A stretch of 62,429 nt of DNA, filler included, from Chlamydiales bacterium (GTDB lineage: Bacteria; Chlamydiota; Chlamydiia; Chlamydiales; JACRBE01), in assembly GCA_016213235.1 (NCBI GenBank). It is 4 parts of 4 records of this genome, joined end to end, with 100 filler letters (N's around TTAATTAATTAA, not from the genome) between each part and the next. Parts side by side here need not be neighbours in the genome. Positions count along the whole stretch, not along the records: positions 1 to 21,298 come from JACRBE010000005.1; positions 21,399 to 42,753 come from JACRBE010000049.1; 2 more parts are not named here. One strand, given 5' to 3'. The position numbers and the translations under genes are program-made. Positions 15,887 to 26,501 of the stretch are shown here, piece after piece (the first letter of the stretch is position 1; each line of letters begins with the position of its first letter). Below the pieces are notes generated by a model that had not been told where the DNA came from, made no database searches, and saw nothing but the letters and a program-made list of their open reading frames with translations.

Positions 15887-18800
15887 ATGAGAAAGCATGT
15901 TCTGAACATTATTGCGTATCTGTTATTCATCACAATTAATAGCATCTGTATTGGTGCAACAGATACTATGAGCAATGCTACTAATACACAGCCTAACCTT
16001 ATTCATATCTCCGGTGGAGAAGATGCCGAGGGCTATACGATCAACTTTCAAAATGTCTCCATGCTCGAATTTATGAAATTTATTTCAAAAATCGCCAACA
16101 TCAATTTTATCTATAATCCTGGCGATTTAAATTTTGATATCAATGTTCTCTCTGATGACCCTACATCACTGGAAAATGTGATGGCCACCTTTATACAGGT
16201 GTTGAAGATAAATGGATTCAATCTGATTGAAGATGGTAATAATTTCGTTATCAATCGTAATGCAGAAATCAAACAGATACCTACTATTGTTTCAGAAGAA
16301 GAACCATACATTGGCAAGCACTTTCCTGCTTATGTAACAAGGGTATTTCATTTAAATAATGCAAATCCAGCACAGATAGCGCAGTTACTGCGTCCCATGA
16401 TTTCGAGTACTGCTATGATAGATGTTATTCCAAGCTCCAGACTGTTGATCATTACAGACATGACATCGAATATCAATCAGATAAGCAAGCTTCTTAGTAT
16501 ATTAGATCAACCGCAATCTGCCCTTCAGGTAGGATCTTATATTGTAAAAACCAATAACACAGAAAATTTAAAGATACTTGCCGAGCAAATTATTATCCCT
16601 GTAGTTGGTGATACACCAATTATTTTTGTAGCACAACCCTCTACAAATGTATTATATGTGATATCTACGCCTTATTATATCAATCTGGCAATGACGTTGC
16701 TCACAGAAATCGATTCTGCTCCAATGAATGAACAACAAAAGGTATTAACCGGAAATAATATTTTTATTTATAAATTACAATATCGCTCTGCAGATTTTGT
16801 AGAAAATTCCTTAAAAAATATTGGAGCAAATGCAGAGAGTTTAGGCTTTCTATCCAATGGATTATATGAAACAATCGCGAATGTTAAATATTTAAAATTG
16901 ACAAACTCATTATTATTTATTGGTCCAGAAGATGTTTTAGATAGAATTAAACAGCTGCTTGCACAAATTGATGTTCCCGGAAAACCAACTACCGGTAATG
17001 AACATGCTTATTTTTACATGTTTCATCCATCTCATACCACTCCTAACCAGTTAAAAATTATTTTGCTGGAAATAGCAACTAGTATGGATGAATCCGGACT
17101 CTCTGATCAGGCTCTTATCTTTACAATACAAAATGCAAAAATCATTGATGCAACGCAGTCTATTTTATTTACTGGAGACAACTCTTCTATTGAAGAAATA
17201 AAAAAATTACTCATTCAAGTAGATCAAGAGACTGCCAATTTCAAAATCAATGCTTCTTCCTTTTATATTTACAAATTGAAAAATGCCACTGATGACCAAA
17301 TGGAGAAGGCACTGCACTCCTTTGCAGCTAACTTGCAAAGTAGTCAAAATCCGGATGAATCATTAATTAATGCAATCAATAGCATGAAATGGGTGCCTGA
17401 TACCAACTCGTTAATTTTTACGGGAACAGAAAAAGCGATTGTCCAATTGCAAAATATCGTTCCTTCCTTTGATGTACAGCCACTAGAAGTACAAGCACAA
17501 CTGATGCAGCAACGCAATGCAAAAAGTGCTTTTTTTATGTATACTCCCAAAAATGTAACTCCGGAAACATTAGAAGCCTCTATCGAAGATGTTGCTCAAA
17601 AATTATCTCAATCTGGACTTGCGGACCCCAGTTTTATCACCACACTAGAAACTGCAAAATATATTCCTTCCTCAAAAACAGTGCTATTTACAGGAACTCC
17701 TTCCTCTATTGATCGTGTTCAAACACTCCTTTCTATATTAGACCAAACAAAAGAAGGTTCTAAAGTAGAAGAACAAATTTTTATTTATACTCCTAAGTAT
17801 GCAAATGTAGATACCATTCAGGATGCATTAAGTAATTTTGCAAATTCTCTACCGACCTCTGATACTACACGAAGAGTGGTTCAAAATGCAAAATGGCTGG
17901 ATAATTCCAGGTCTTTTATCTTCCAAGGATCTACAGCTTCTATTGACAAAATCAAACAAATCTTGGCTGTCACTGATGTAGATAATTTATCTAAAGAGAA
18001 TAAAACCTATTTTATCTACAAATTGAAATACATCCCAGGCGATGTTGTTATAAAAGATTTACAGCAAATGATTCGCACCTTGCAGCTAGATCCAACTCAA
18101 AAAGACTCACTTACCAACACAGTTAGTAATATCGAGTGGATTAAATCGACAAATTCTCTCTTTATCACTGGAACAAAAAATGATGTAGATGAAATTAAAA
18201 ATCTAATTGCAGAATTTGATGTTGGTGGACAAACACAAGAGTTGGAACCCACTACATTTATGATCTATAAACCTCTTTATATCTCCCCTGAACAAGCCGA
18301 GATTGATCTGCAAGCAATCGCCTCTGATTTAGAGGATTCTGGATTATCTGATGTCTCGTTAATTAGCACCATCAATAGCGTAAAAATATCGCAATCAGGC
18401 TCTGCCTTAGTCTTTACAGGAACCCAAACTAATTTAGATAAAGTAAAAACTCTTCTTTCTACCATTGATGTCTCTGCAGGGCAAGAAGGCAAAATACAAC
18501 AGGTAGGGATGTCTTCCTTTTTCATTTACAAAATAAAATATGTATCTGCAGATTTCTTAACAGGTCACCTCAATTCTATTGCTTCTCAAATGCAAGAGAT
18601 AAAAGGAGCTGATAAAGATTTTATCTCTGCTATTACAAATATGCGTTATGTGAAAGACACTAATTCGATTATTTTTGTTGGCTCCGCTGCAGCACTGGAA
18701 CAAATAAGAACATTATTAGATAAATTTGATGTTCTGCAAGAAGGACAACCACAACCAGAGATCACTCCTCGAGCACCTGGTGGTTACACCATTTACAAAC

Positions 18801-20233
18801 CAAAATATGTACCAGGGCCTGATCTCATTAATATCCTAAAAGACTTTGAACAAAATCTAAAAACATCTGGTGTAGTTCAACAAAATTTATTTGATGTCAT
18901 TGATCATTTAAAATGGATGGAAAAAACAGACTCTATTTTAATTTCAGGTACAGAGTCAGATACCATCGCAGTAAAAGATTTATTGGAAAAGTTTGATATC
19001 CCTCAAAAAGGAGCTCCCAAACCGGCCAATATTGGAACATTTGAAGATCTCAGCTTCTTAATGTACAAATTACAATATCATCAAGGGGATGAAATTCAAA
19101 CCGCATTAAAACAAATCGCAACTGATTTAAAAAAAGGAAAAGATTCAGTAGAAGCAGAAAATTTAATGAATGCGATCCAATCTCTACAATGGATTAAAGT
19201 CACGAATTCTTTAATTAGTTCCGGAGAGCCTCGCACACTTGCAAAATTAAAAGAACTCCTCTACAGCATCGATATTCCGCTTACTCAAGTATACATTGAA
19301 GTATTAGTACTGCAAACAACACTTGGAAAATTGCTTGATTTCGGTTTGCAATGGGCATCTCAAGGTAAATATAAAAACCGGTTTGCTTATGGATTTGGTA
19401 ACTTTCCTCCTGCAGGTACCGATCCTACAAATGGTACATTTGGAAATAACGTTTCGAAAATTTCCGGCACCAACGTGCCAACTGGTAGTAACATCCCATT
19501 TATAACCGGTGGGGATCTTGGAGTTATCGGAGATATCATCTTACATAAAGGAACAACCTATTTTTCTCTTGGCTCTTTAATTTCTGCAGTGGAACAAGAT
19601 AGTGATGCAACTATTGTTCTTAACCAAAAGATCGTGGCGCAAGATAATAACAATGCCCAGCTCTTTGTGGGAAGCAACATTCCATTCAGCGGATCTACCG
19701 TACAAATTATAGGACAAACGCAAACGACCTCTTCCAACTTAGAGTATCGAGATATTGGAACATCCCTCAGTATTACACCGACGATCGGAGATAATGATGT
19801 TGTAACCCTTGACATAGACCTTGAACTTTCTTCCACAACAAACAGTGGGGCCAACACCAGTTCTACCTCTTCCGTATTACCATCTAATCTTCTATCCGCA
19901 TCCACTACAGAAAAGACTACTATCCAAACCAAGTTGCTTGTACCTGACAACCATTTCGTTGTCCTTACTGGTATGATCAATGATAGCACCATCCATGATC
20001 GTGCAGGCATACCTTGTTTAGGTGGACTACCTGTAATTGGAGTTGCGTTTAGCCAAAATAACTCGACAAAAGTAAAACAGAACGTAATAATGTTCCTTAA
20101 ACCAACCATTATTAAATCCAGTGACATTTTCAAACACATTACAGACAGGCAAGAACAACTCTTCAGAGAGCAAGCAGATATGGAAGCTTATGATGCGGGC
20201 ATTAATCTTGTATCTACGCCAGATGACAAATAA
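15887..20233 (+). CDS. sctC: T3SS secretin SctC/CdsC with expanded periplasmic N-domain repeats
   Basis: Signal peptide, N0 domain (YTINFQNVSMLEFMKFISK), repeated N3-like domains, C-terminal secretin domain (QVYIEVLVL; YRDIGTSLSITPTI; GIPCLGGLPVIG). Confidence 0.93.
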   Translation: MRKHVLNIIAYLLFITINSICIGATDTMSNATNTQPNLIHISGGEDAEGYTINFQNVSMLEFMKFISKIANINFIYNPGDLNFDINVLSDDPTSLENVMATFIQVLKINGFNLIEDGNNFVINRNAEIKQIPTIVSEEEPYIGKHFPAYVTRVFHLNNANPAQIAQLLRPMISSTAMIDVIPSSRLLIITDMTSNINQISKLLSILDQPQSALQVGSYIVKTNNTENLKILAEQIIIPVVGDTPIIFVAQPSTNVLYVISTPYYINLAMTLLTEIDSAPMNEQQKVLTGNNIFIYKLQYRSADFVENSLKNIGANAESLGFLSNGLYETIANVKYLKLTNSLLFIGPEDVLDRIKQLLAQIDVPGKPTTGNEHAYFYMFHPSHTTPNQLKIILLEIATSMDESGLSDQALIFTIQNAKIIDATQSILFTGDNSSIEEIKKLLIQVDQETANFKINASSFYIYKLKNATDDQMEKALHSFAANLQSSQNPDESLINAINSMKWVPDTNSLIFTGTEKAIVQLQNIVPSFDVQPLEVQAQLMQQRNAKSAFFMYTPKNVTPETLEASIEDVAQKLSQSGLADPSFITTLETAKYIPSSKTVLFTGTPSSIDRVQTLLSILDQTKEGSKVEEQIFIYTPKYANVDTIQDALSNFANSLPTSDTTRRVVQNAKWLDNSRSFIFQGSTASIDKIKQILAVTDVDNLSKENKTYFIYKLKYIPGDVVIKDLQQMIRTLQLDPTQKDSLTNTVSNIEWIKSTNSLFITGTKNDVDEIKNLIAEFDVGGQTQELEPTTFMIYKPLYISPEQAEIDLQAIASDLEDSGLSDVSLISTINSVKISQSGSALVFTGTQTNLDKVKTLLSTIDVSAGQEGKIQQVGMSSFFIYKIKYVSADFLTGHLNSIASQMQEIKGADKDFISAITNMRYVKDTNSIIFVGSAAALEQIRTLLDKFDVLQEGQPQPEITPRAPGGYTIYKPKYVPGPDLINILKDFEQNLKTSGVVQQNLFDVIDHLKWMEKTDSILISGTESDTIAVKDLLEKFDIPQKGAPKPANIGTFEDLSFLMYKLQYHQGDEIQTALKQIATDLKKGKDSVEAENLMNAIQSLQWIKVTNSLISSGEPRTLAKLKELLYSIDIPLTQVYIEVLVLQTTLGKLLDFGLQWASQGKYKNRFAYGFGNFPPAGTDPTNGTFGNNVSKISGTNVPTGSNIPFITGGDLGVIGDIILHKGTTYFSLGSLISAVEQDSDATIVLNQKIVAQDNNNAQLFVGSNIPFSGSTVQIIGQTQTTSSNLEYRDIGTSLSITPTIGDNDVVTLDIDLELSSTTNSGANTSSTSSVLPSNLLSASTTEKTTIQTKLLVPDNHFVVLTGMINDSTIHDRAGIPCLGGLPVIGVAFSQNNSTKVKQNVIMFLKPTIIKSSDIFKHITDRQEQLFREQADMEAYDAGINLVSTPDDK

Positions 20234-21176
20234 AAAAGAGTGGATCTTGTTTCCACTCTTTTTAGTATTAGTCAGCTGTGAAAAAGTATCTGATAAAATC
20301 GAGCCTCAAATTACCTATACTATTCACGAAAATCAAATCAGTCGTTTGCAACCTGCATTTCCTTCCCTTACCATACATGAAAAAAAAGAGGAGTGGGGAA
20401 AAGAATATCTCATTGGGATGGCCTTTGCTAAAGAGCTCGATTTATACCGAGCAATTACAGCATTAAAAAGAGCTAATATCCTGATACCAGAGGATTTCAT
20501 TTATCGAAGAGCGGAGATTCAATATTATATTTTACTATGTTATTACCTGGGTGGAAAATATGAAGAAGCAATTGATACCTTTGATAAATCAGAGCTGTCT
20601 CACGTTTCTGACCATTTTCCAACATATAAAGATCTGCTAGTCATGTTATATGAATGTTTCTTAAAAACAGAGCAGACAGAAAAAGCTCAATTTATTTTAC
20701 AGCTGCTTAAAGAAAAAGATCCTGCTGTATCAGAAAAGCTATCCTTTCATACAGCTATTTCTCATGCCAATTTTCAAGACATATTGGCTAATGCAGATAC
20801 AAGCCCAATTGCACAAGACTTTAAAGCTGTTTCTTCCCAATTTAAAAAGGAAAAAAAATCGACATTTGCGGCACAATTTCTCAATGCAACTATTCCTGGA
20901 GCCGGTTTTCTATATGTAGGACAAAAACAATCTGCGCTTACCTCGTTTTTATTAAATGGGTTATTTATCGGAGCTGCTACCCACTTTTTTATGCATGGCA
21001 ATATTGCAGCAGGGCTTATTACAACAAGTTTTGAAACAGGATGGTATTTTGGTGGCATCTATGGAGCTGGAGAAGCCGCTAAATTATACAATGAGCGCAT
21101 TTATGAAACAAAAGCGCATCAGTTTATGCAACAAAAAAAATTATTTCCCATTTTCATGATAGAACATGCTTTTTAA
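20223..21176 (+). CDS. TPR-like lipoprotein with C-terminal membrane segment
   Basis: Likely start MTNKKEWILFPLFLVLVSC (lipobox); TPR-like helices; hydrophobic NATIPGAGFLYVGQ...LNGLFIGA. Confidence 0.7.
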   Translation: MTNKKEWILFPLFLVLVSCEKVSDKIEPQITYTIHENQISRLQPAFPSLTIHEKKEEWGKEYLIGMAFAKELDLYRAITALKRANILIPEDFIYRRAEIQYYILLCYYLGGKYEEAIDTFDKSELSHVSDHFPTYKDLLVMLYECFLKTEQTEKAQFILQLLKEKDPAVSEKLSFHTAISHANFQDILANADTSPIAQDFKAVSSQFKKEKKSTFAAQFLNATIPGAGFLYVGQKQSALTSFLLNGLFIGAATHFFMHGNIAAGLITTSFETGWYFGGIYGAGEAAKLYNERIYETKAHQFMQQKKLFPIFMIEHAF

Positions 21177-21298
21177 TAGAATATTTATTTGTTTATTCAC
21201 GCTATCTTTTTATGCCTTTGGAGCAACAGGCTATGAATTACCTTGGGGAAAAGATGCTGATTTAAATAAAATAGACGGTCCAGATCAACAACCATCTC
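21166..21298 (+). CDS. 5' fragment of an exported or membrane protein, truncated by contig end
   Basis: Overlaps the previous stop; signal-like N-terminus followed by ELPWGKDADL. Confidence 0.55.
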
Positions 21299-21398
21299 NN
21301 NNNNNNNNNNNNNNNNNNNNNNNNNNNNNNNNNNNNNNNNNNTTAATTAATTAANNNNNNNNNNNNNNNNNNNNNNNNNNNNNNNNNNNNNNNNNNNN
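21299..21398. other. Artificial contig linker
   Basis: 44 N + TTAATTAATTAA (stops in all frames) + 44 N. Confidence 0.99.
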
Positions 21399-21399
21399 A

Positions 21400-21936
21400 G
21401 AAAGAGGATTTGAAGGGAAAATTCTTGCTGCCAGATATTGTAGAGAGCATAAAGTGCCCTATTTTGGACTATGCCTTGGTATGCAAGTGCTTGTTGTAGA
21501 ATATGCGCGCAATGTTCTTGGTCTTGAAGGCGCTAATTCCACCGAGATGAACCCTGAAACCAAACACCCCGTTATTTGTCTTTTAGAAGAGCAAAAACAA
21601 ATCACCAGGAAAGGTGGTACGATGAGACTGGGAGCGTTCGAGTGTATTATAGCTAAAAATACAAAAGCTTTTGAGGCATATAAAACAACAAAGATATCAG
21701 AGCGACATCGCCATCGATTAGAATTCAATCATCAATATAAAGAGCAAATGACAGAGAAGGGACTCCTCATTTCCGGACTCGAACAAGAACAAGACCTTTG
21801 TGAAATTGCTGAAATAGCAAGCCATCCTTGGATGCTAGGAGTGCAATTTCATCCAGAGTTTAAGTCTAAGCCAACTGCTCCCCATCCCCTATTTTTAGCT
21901 TTTATTCAAGCTGCAATCCACCACAAAAAGAACTAA
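21400..21936 (+). CDS. pyrG: CTP synthase, C-terminal glutaminase part (5' truncated)
   Basis: ERGFEGKI, GLCLGMQ, GGTMRLG, ERHRHR, QFHPEF motifs. Confidence 0.97.
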   Translation, partial: ERGFEGKILAARYCREHKVPYFGLCLGMQVLVVEYARNVLGLEGANSTEMNPETKHPVICLLEEQKQITRKGGTMRLGAFECIIAKNTKAFEAYKTTKISERHRHRLEFNHQYKEQMTEKGLLISGLEQEQDLCEIAEIASHPWMLGVQFHPEFKSKPTAPHPLFLAFIQAAIHHKKN

Positions 21937-21937
21937 C

Positions 21938-22357
21938 ATGCGTATCATGAGTATTGATTATGGAAGGAAGAGGATTGGCGTTGCTATATCAGATCATTTA
22001 AAGATTTTAGCTTCTCCTCTTACTACGATAGAAGCAAAAAAAACAATGGAAGAGACGGTTCTGTTTTTTATTAAAGAAATTAAAGAGATCAAAGAAACGG
22101 AGAAGATCATTATTGGATTACCATTAAATATGAATGGATCGGAAAGCGAAATGTCTAAAGAGGTAAAAGAGTTTGGTAAATTATTAGAAACTCATGCGAA
22201 AATTCCAGTAGATTTTTTTGATGAGCGTCTATCCTCCAAAGGAGTAGATCTGTTATTAAGGGATCAGCAATTAAATAGAAAAGAAAGAACAAAAAAACTA
22301 GACACAGCAGCCGCTTCTTTAATGTTGCAAACCTACTTGCATTTGCATTTCTCCTAG
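21938..22357 (+). CDS. ruvX: YqgF/RuvX resolvase-like nuclease
   Basis: SIDYGRKRIGVAISD, IIGLPLNMNG, DERLSS. Confidence 0.95.
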   Translation: MRIMSIDYGRKRIGVAISDHLKILASPLTTIEAKKTMEETVLFFIKEIKEIKETEKIIIGLPLNMNGSESEMSKEVKEFGKLLETHAKIPVDFFDERLSSKGVDLLLRDQQLNRKERTKKLDTAAASLMLQTYLHLHFS

Positions 22358-22417
22358 ACCAAAAAAGACCAATTGAGGATATTAACGAGTTAGTTATGAT
22401 TATTTTCCAAGGTTTTT

Positions 22418-23956
22418 ATGGACTTAAAACAACATCCTTTTGAAGAAGCTGGTCAATCTAGAAGGAGTATTCAACCGTGTATACTCATTATTTTCGGTGC
22501 AACAGGTGATTTAACCTCTCGAAAATTAATGCCTGCTCTTTACAATCTAAAAAGAGAGGGTCAATTACCTTCCAATTTTGCCTGCGTTGGATTTGCAAGA
22601 AGGGAAAAAACAAGTGAAGATTTTCGAAAAGAAATGAAATCGGATATTAATACGCATTCTCGTGTTAAGCCAATAGAGGAAGAGCTCTGGAAAGGTTTTC
22701 AAAACCAACTTTTCTATCACCAGTCTGAATTTGATGATCCACAAGGATATGACGCACTCAAAAAGTTACTAGATGACTTAGACAAAAAACTGGGGACCAA
22801 AGGCAATCGAGTCTTTTACCTCTCTACACAACCAAGCTATTTCCCTGCTATCATTAAAAACCTCAATCAAAGCGGTCTTATTTATAAAGAGAGTGAAGAT
22901 CGTTTTTTTTCCCGTGTTATTATTGAAAAACCGTTTGGGCATGATTTAGATTCTGCTATTGCGCTGCAACAAGAGCTTATGAATCACTTAAGTGAGAAAC
23001 AGCTTTATCGTATAGACCATTACCTTGGCAAGGAAACAGTACAAAACCTACTAGTATTTAGATTTGCAAATTCGCTGTTTGAAAACCTATGGAACAATCG
23101 ATATATCGACCATATTCAAATTACAGTGGGAGAAGACATTGGTATAGGGTCTCGTGGTAGATTTTGGGAAGAAGCCGGTATGCTTAGAGACATCATACAA
23201 AACCATATGATGCAACTGCTAAGCCTTGTTACCATGGAACCTCCCTCTCATTTAAGTGCAGACTCTATTCGTGATGAAAAAGTAAAAGTACTAGAGTGCA
23301 TTGACCCTTTTTCTCAACAAACATTTCATGAGCGAGCAGTAAGAGGTCAATATGGCAGGGGATTTATTAATACAGAACCTGTAAAGGGGTACCGAGAAGA
23401 AGAGAATGTAAGTCCAACATCTAGTGTAGAGACCTATGTTGCTTTAAAATTGTTCATTCACAACTGGAGATGGGAGGGGGTTCCTTTTTACCTAAGAGGG
23501 GCAAAAAGGTTGCCTAAAAGAGCTACAGAAATAGCTGTCATATTTAAGGACACCCCAGGAGTGTTATTTCAGTCGAACAATCGCAAGTTGAATCACAATG
23601 TTCTTACGATTCGCATCCAACCAAATGAGGGTATTGCTTTAAAGATTAATTCTAAAGTACCAGGCCCCTCTAGTCCTATCCAACCTGTAATGATGGATTT
23701 TCGCTATGGTGCTTTCTTTGGCCTTACACCGCCTGATGCTTATGAGCGACTGATTTGTGATTGCATGTATGGAGATAACACGCTCTTTGCAAGAGAAGAT
23801 GAAGTAATGCACTCTTGGAGAGTGCTCTCTCCTCTTGTTCACTATTGGGGATCGACACCTGCCACCAATTTCCCCAATTATGCAGCCGGTAGTTGGGGTC
23901 CTAAAGAAGCAGATGATATGCTTGCAAAAGACAATCGACATTGGAGATTAATATGA
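22418..23956 (+). CDS. zwf: Glucose-6-phosphate 1-dehydrogenase
   Basis: IFGATGDL, EKPFG, RIDHYLGKE. Confidence 0.98.
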   Translation: MDLKQHPFEEAGQSRRSIQPCILIIFGATGDLTSRKLMPALYNLKREGQLPSNFACVGFARREKTSEDFRKEMKSDINTHSRVKPIEEELWKGFQNQLFYHQSEFDDPQGYDALKKLLDDLDKKLGTKGNRVFYLSTQPSYFPAIIKNLNQSGLIYKESEDRFFSRVIIEKPFGHDLDSAIALQQELMNHLSEKQLYRIDHYLGKETVQNLLVFRFANSLFENLWNNRYIDHIQITVGEDIGIGSRGRFWEEAGMLRDIIQNHMMQLLSLVTMEPPSHLSADSIRDEKVKVLECIDPFSQQTFHERAVRGQYGRGFINTEPVKGYREEENVSPTSSVETYVALKLFIHNWRWEGVPFYLRGAKRLPKRATEIAVIFKDTPGVLFQSNNRKLNHNVLTIRIQPNEGIALKINSKVPGPSSPIQPVMMDFRYGAFFGLTPPDAYERLICDCMYGDNTLFAREDEVMHSWRVLSPLVHYWGSTPATNFPNYAAGSWGPKEADDMLAKDNRHWRLI

Positions 23957-25044
23957 GCGAAAAAGTAACCGTTCCACCTATTCAAATTGAATCTGCTCTT
24001 GCAAGGATTTGGGACGACTTGCAAGGAAAAAATAAAATGAGAGCCTGTTTATTTAATATGGTGATTTACACCAAAAAAAATAAACGAGATGGTTATTTGC
24101 AACAGGTTGCAGAAAAAGTAATCCAAAAATTTCCTTCCAGGATCATCTTTGTGTCAGAAGATGAACACGCTAAAGAAAAACTACTTTGCTCTGTATCTGT
24201 TCTTACCGCTAATGAAGGCGACTCTACTATCTTTTGTGACTTGATTGAATTTGAGGTAAGCACAGACAACCGAAAAAGAGTGCCTTTTGCTATTTTACCT
24301 CATTTATTACCGGATTTGCCTATTTATTTAGTATGGGGTGATGACCCAACAAAAGAAGATCCCCTTTCCTTTAATCTAGAACAATTTGCAACAAGAACGA
24401 TATTCGACTCAGAAACAGCAGAGTTTTTAATGCCATATGCAAAAGCAATTTTTAAGCATTTGCAACACACAAAAAAAGATGTTGCCGATCTAAATTGGGC
24501 TCGCATTGAAAGCTGGAGGAATCTTTTTGCCTCTGTTTTTTATTCTAAAGAAAAACTAGAAGCCTTGAATAAAGCGAAAAAGATAGAAATATCTTATAAC
24601 GCAATTGAATCTTCTTATCTATCTCATACTAAAACGCAATCGATTTTTTTATCCTGCTGGCTTGCAGCTCAACTTGGATGGAAATGCATACGTGCTATGC
24701 AAGATAATCAAGGACTTACCTTGCATTTTACCACCAAATCTTCTGAAATTCCTTTTTATGTAAAAGAAACAAAAGTAGAAAAAGTCAAACCGGGTCGTAT
24801 TGTTACTCTGGAAATTTTTTATAATGACGATGATAAATTAGTATTTAGAAGAAATTTGGATCACCCACACCATATTATCATAGAATCTTGTCACAAAGAT
24901 GTTTGTGAACTTTCTGCCCAGCAAATTTTTGAAAAAGAAGTATCAGGTCAATCCCTTGTAAATGAAATATGCCATGAAGGTACTAGCCAGCATTACCTAA
25001 ATATGCTATCTCTAATTTCAGAGATACCAAAAGGAAATATTTAA
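23953..25044 (+). CDS. opcA: G6PDH assembly protein OpcA
   Basis: Between zwf and pgl; LLPDLPIYLVW and ADLNWARIESWR motifs. Confidence 0.88.
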   Translation: MSEKVTVPPIQIESALARIWDDLQGKNKMRACLFNMVIYTKKNKRDGYLQQVAEKVIQKFPSRIIFVSEDEHAKEKLLCSVSVLTANEGDSTIFCDLIEFEVSTDNRKRVPFAILPHLLPDLPIYLVWGDDPTKEDPLSFNLEQFATRTIFDSETAEFLMPYAKAIFKHLQHTKKDVADLNWARIESWRNLFASVFYSKEKLEALNKAKKIEISYNAIESSYLSHTKTQSIFLSCWLAAQLGWKCIRAMQDNQGLTLHFTTKSSEIPFYVKETKVEKVKPGRIVTLEIFYNDDDKLVFRRNLDHPHHIIIESCHKDVCELSAQQIFEKEVSGQSLVNEICHEGTSQHYLNMLSLISEIPKGNI

Positions 25045-25055
25045 TAGGATTAGCT

Positions 25056-25904
25056 ATGAAATCTAGTAACTATTCATCGAATCATGGTCATTTTGCCATC
25101 TTGGGATTAACTGATGATCAGAAGTTTATTCCCCTGCCTAAACCAAAAATTTCGATTAAAATCGATCATCGAAGAGTATTAGAAGTACCCGGTGATCATA
25201 ACGAAACAATCAGCTATGCAACCCATCTGTTTATCCAAATTGCGCAAAATGCCATTAAAGAAAGAGGCAAGTTTTTTGTTGCTTTATCTGGAGGCTCTAC
25301 TCCAAAAGAAATTTACTCTCATTTAACAACGGATAAATATAAAAGGTTCATTGACTGGAAAAAGGTATACCTATTTTGGTCTGATGAACGAGCTGTTGAA
25401 CCAACACATCCAGATAGCAATTACAAAATGGCAATGGACTGCGGATTTAAACATGTTGGTATTCCTGCTAACCAAATTTTTCGCATGGAAGCAGAGTCCG
25501 ATATCGATCAACACTCTTTAATGTATCAAGAATGTATTGGAAGCACCCTGCAAGGATCCGTATTTGATCTAATTATGTTAGGGGTTGGGGAAGATGGTCA
25601 CACGGCATCTTTATTTCCTGCAACAGAGGCCTTAGATCAAAAAAGTCGACATGTTGTTGCAAATTATGTTCCTCAACAACAAGCATGGCGCATGACCATG
25701 ACAATACCTTTTATTAATCAAGCAGATAACGTTATTGTTTATGCAATTGGTGAAAAGAAAAAAGATATCATCAAAAAAGTTCTTTTAGCAGAGAAAACAC
25801 CTGAACCACTTCCTGCAGAAAGAATTGGGTCTTCTTCTCATCCGGCTTTGTGGCTTGCAGATGATAAAGCAGCGCAAGCAGTACTAAAAGCTTTAAAGAA
25901 ATAA
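25056..25904 (+). CDS. pgl: 6-phosphogluconolactonase
   Basis: ALSGGSTP, WSDER, SNY, LGVGEDGHTASLFP. Confidence 0.95.
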   Translation: MKSSNYSSNHGHFAILGLTDDQKFIPLPKPKISIKIDHRRVLEVPGDHNETISYATHLFIQIAQNAIKERGKFFVALSGGSTPKEIYSHLTTDKYKRFIDWKKVYLFWSDERAVEPTHPDSNYKMAMDCGFKHVGIPANQIFRMEAESDIDQHSLMYQECIGSTLQGSVFDLIMLGVGEDGHTASLFPATEALDQKSRHVVANYVPQQQAWRMTMTIPFINQADNVIVYAIGEKKKDIIKKVLLAEKTPEPLPAERIGSSSHPALWLADDKAAQAVLKALKK

Positions 25905-25916
25905 TCTCAAACGAGA

Positions 25917-26501
25917 TTATTTCTTTACCGTGACAGATAAAATCTTTTGCGTTTCAACAGGCTTGTCCATCCGATCTGTCTTCGTTGTTTCTATTTTTTG
26001 GATCACATCGTAGCCCTTTGTGACTTCACCAAAAATAGTATGGTTCATATTCAACCATGGCGTGGAAGCTGTTGTTATGAAAAATTGCGATCCATTTGTA
26101 TTAGGGCCGCTATTTGCCATCGCCAGGAGTCCTGGTTTATCAAATTTTACATCAGCTCGGAGCTCATCTTCAAATGATTTACCCCAAATAGAGCTACCAC
26201 CTCTTCCTGTTCCTGTTGGGTCACCACATTGTACCATAAAGCCTTTGATCACTCGATGAAAGATAATACCATCATAGTATTTTTTTTCAGCAAGCTTCAT
26301 AAAATTTTCACATGCTTTTGGAGCAATATGGGGTCTTAATGTAATTTCAAATGTGCCTTGTGTTGTTTTAACTTCTAAAACAGGTGCAACTTGCATAGAG
26401 TATCCTTGTGTTAAAATAAAAAGAAATTGTAATGGTAGAAGTAATTTAAAAGCTATTTTCAAGAGAAAACTCCGGTTAATTTTTTCACCAGAGTTTATCA
26501 T
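25917..26501 (-). CDS. Cyclophilin-type peptidyl-prolyl isomerase (hydrophobic N-terminal extension; start uncertain)
   Basis: FHRVIKGFMVQCGDPTGTGRGG, AMANSGPNTNGSQFFIT, HTIFG. Confidence 0.95.
   Translation of the reverse strand: MINSGEKINRSFLLKIAFKLLLPLQFLFILTQGYSMQVAPVLEVKTTQGTFEITLRPHIAPKACENFMKLAEKKYYDGIIFHRVIKGFMVQCGDPTGTGRGGSSIWGKSFEDELRADVKFDKPGLLAMANSGPNTNGSQFFITTASTPWLNMNHTIFGEVTKGYDVIQKIETTKTDRMDKPVETQKILSVTVKK

Noticed and set aside
19558..20139. 193-aa minus-strand ORF
   Set aside because: Entirely antisense to the conserved secretin domain.
21299..21398. TTAATTAATTAA palindrome within N-runs (also 42754-42853 and 59854-59953) and ORFs ending in XXXLIN
   Set aside because: Artificial all-frame-stop linkers; not biological, and no synteny can be read across them.
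22418..25904. zwf-opcA-pgl as a novel system
   Set aside because: Well-known oxidative pentose phosphate operon arrangement.
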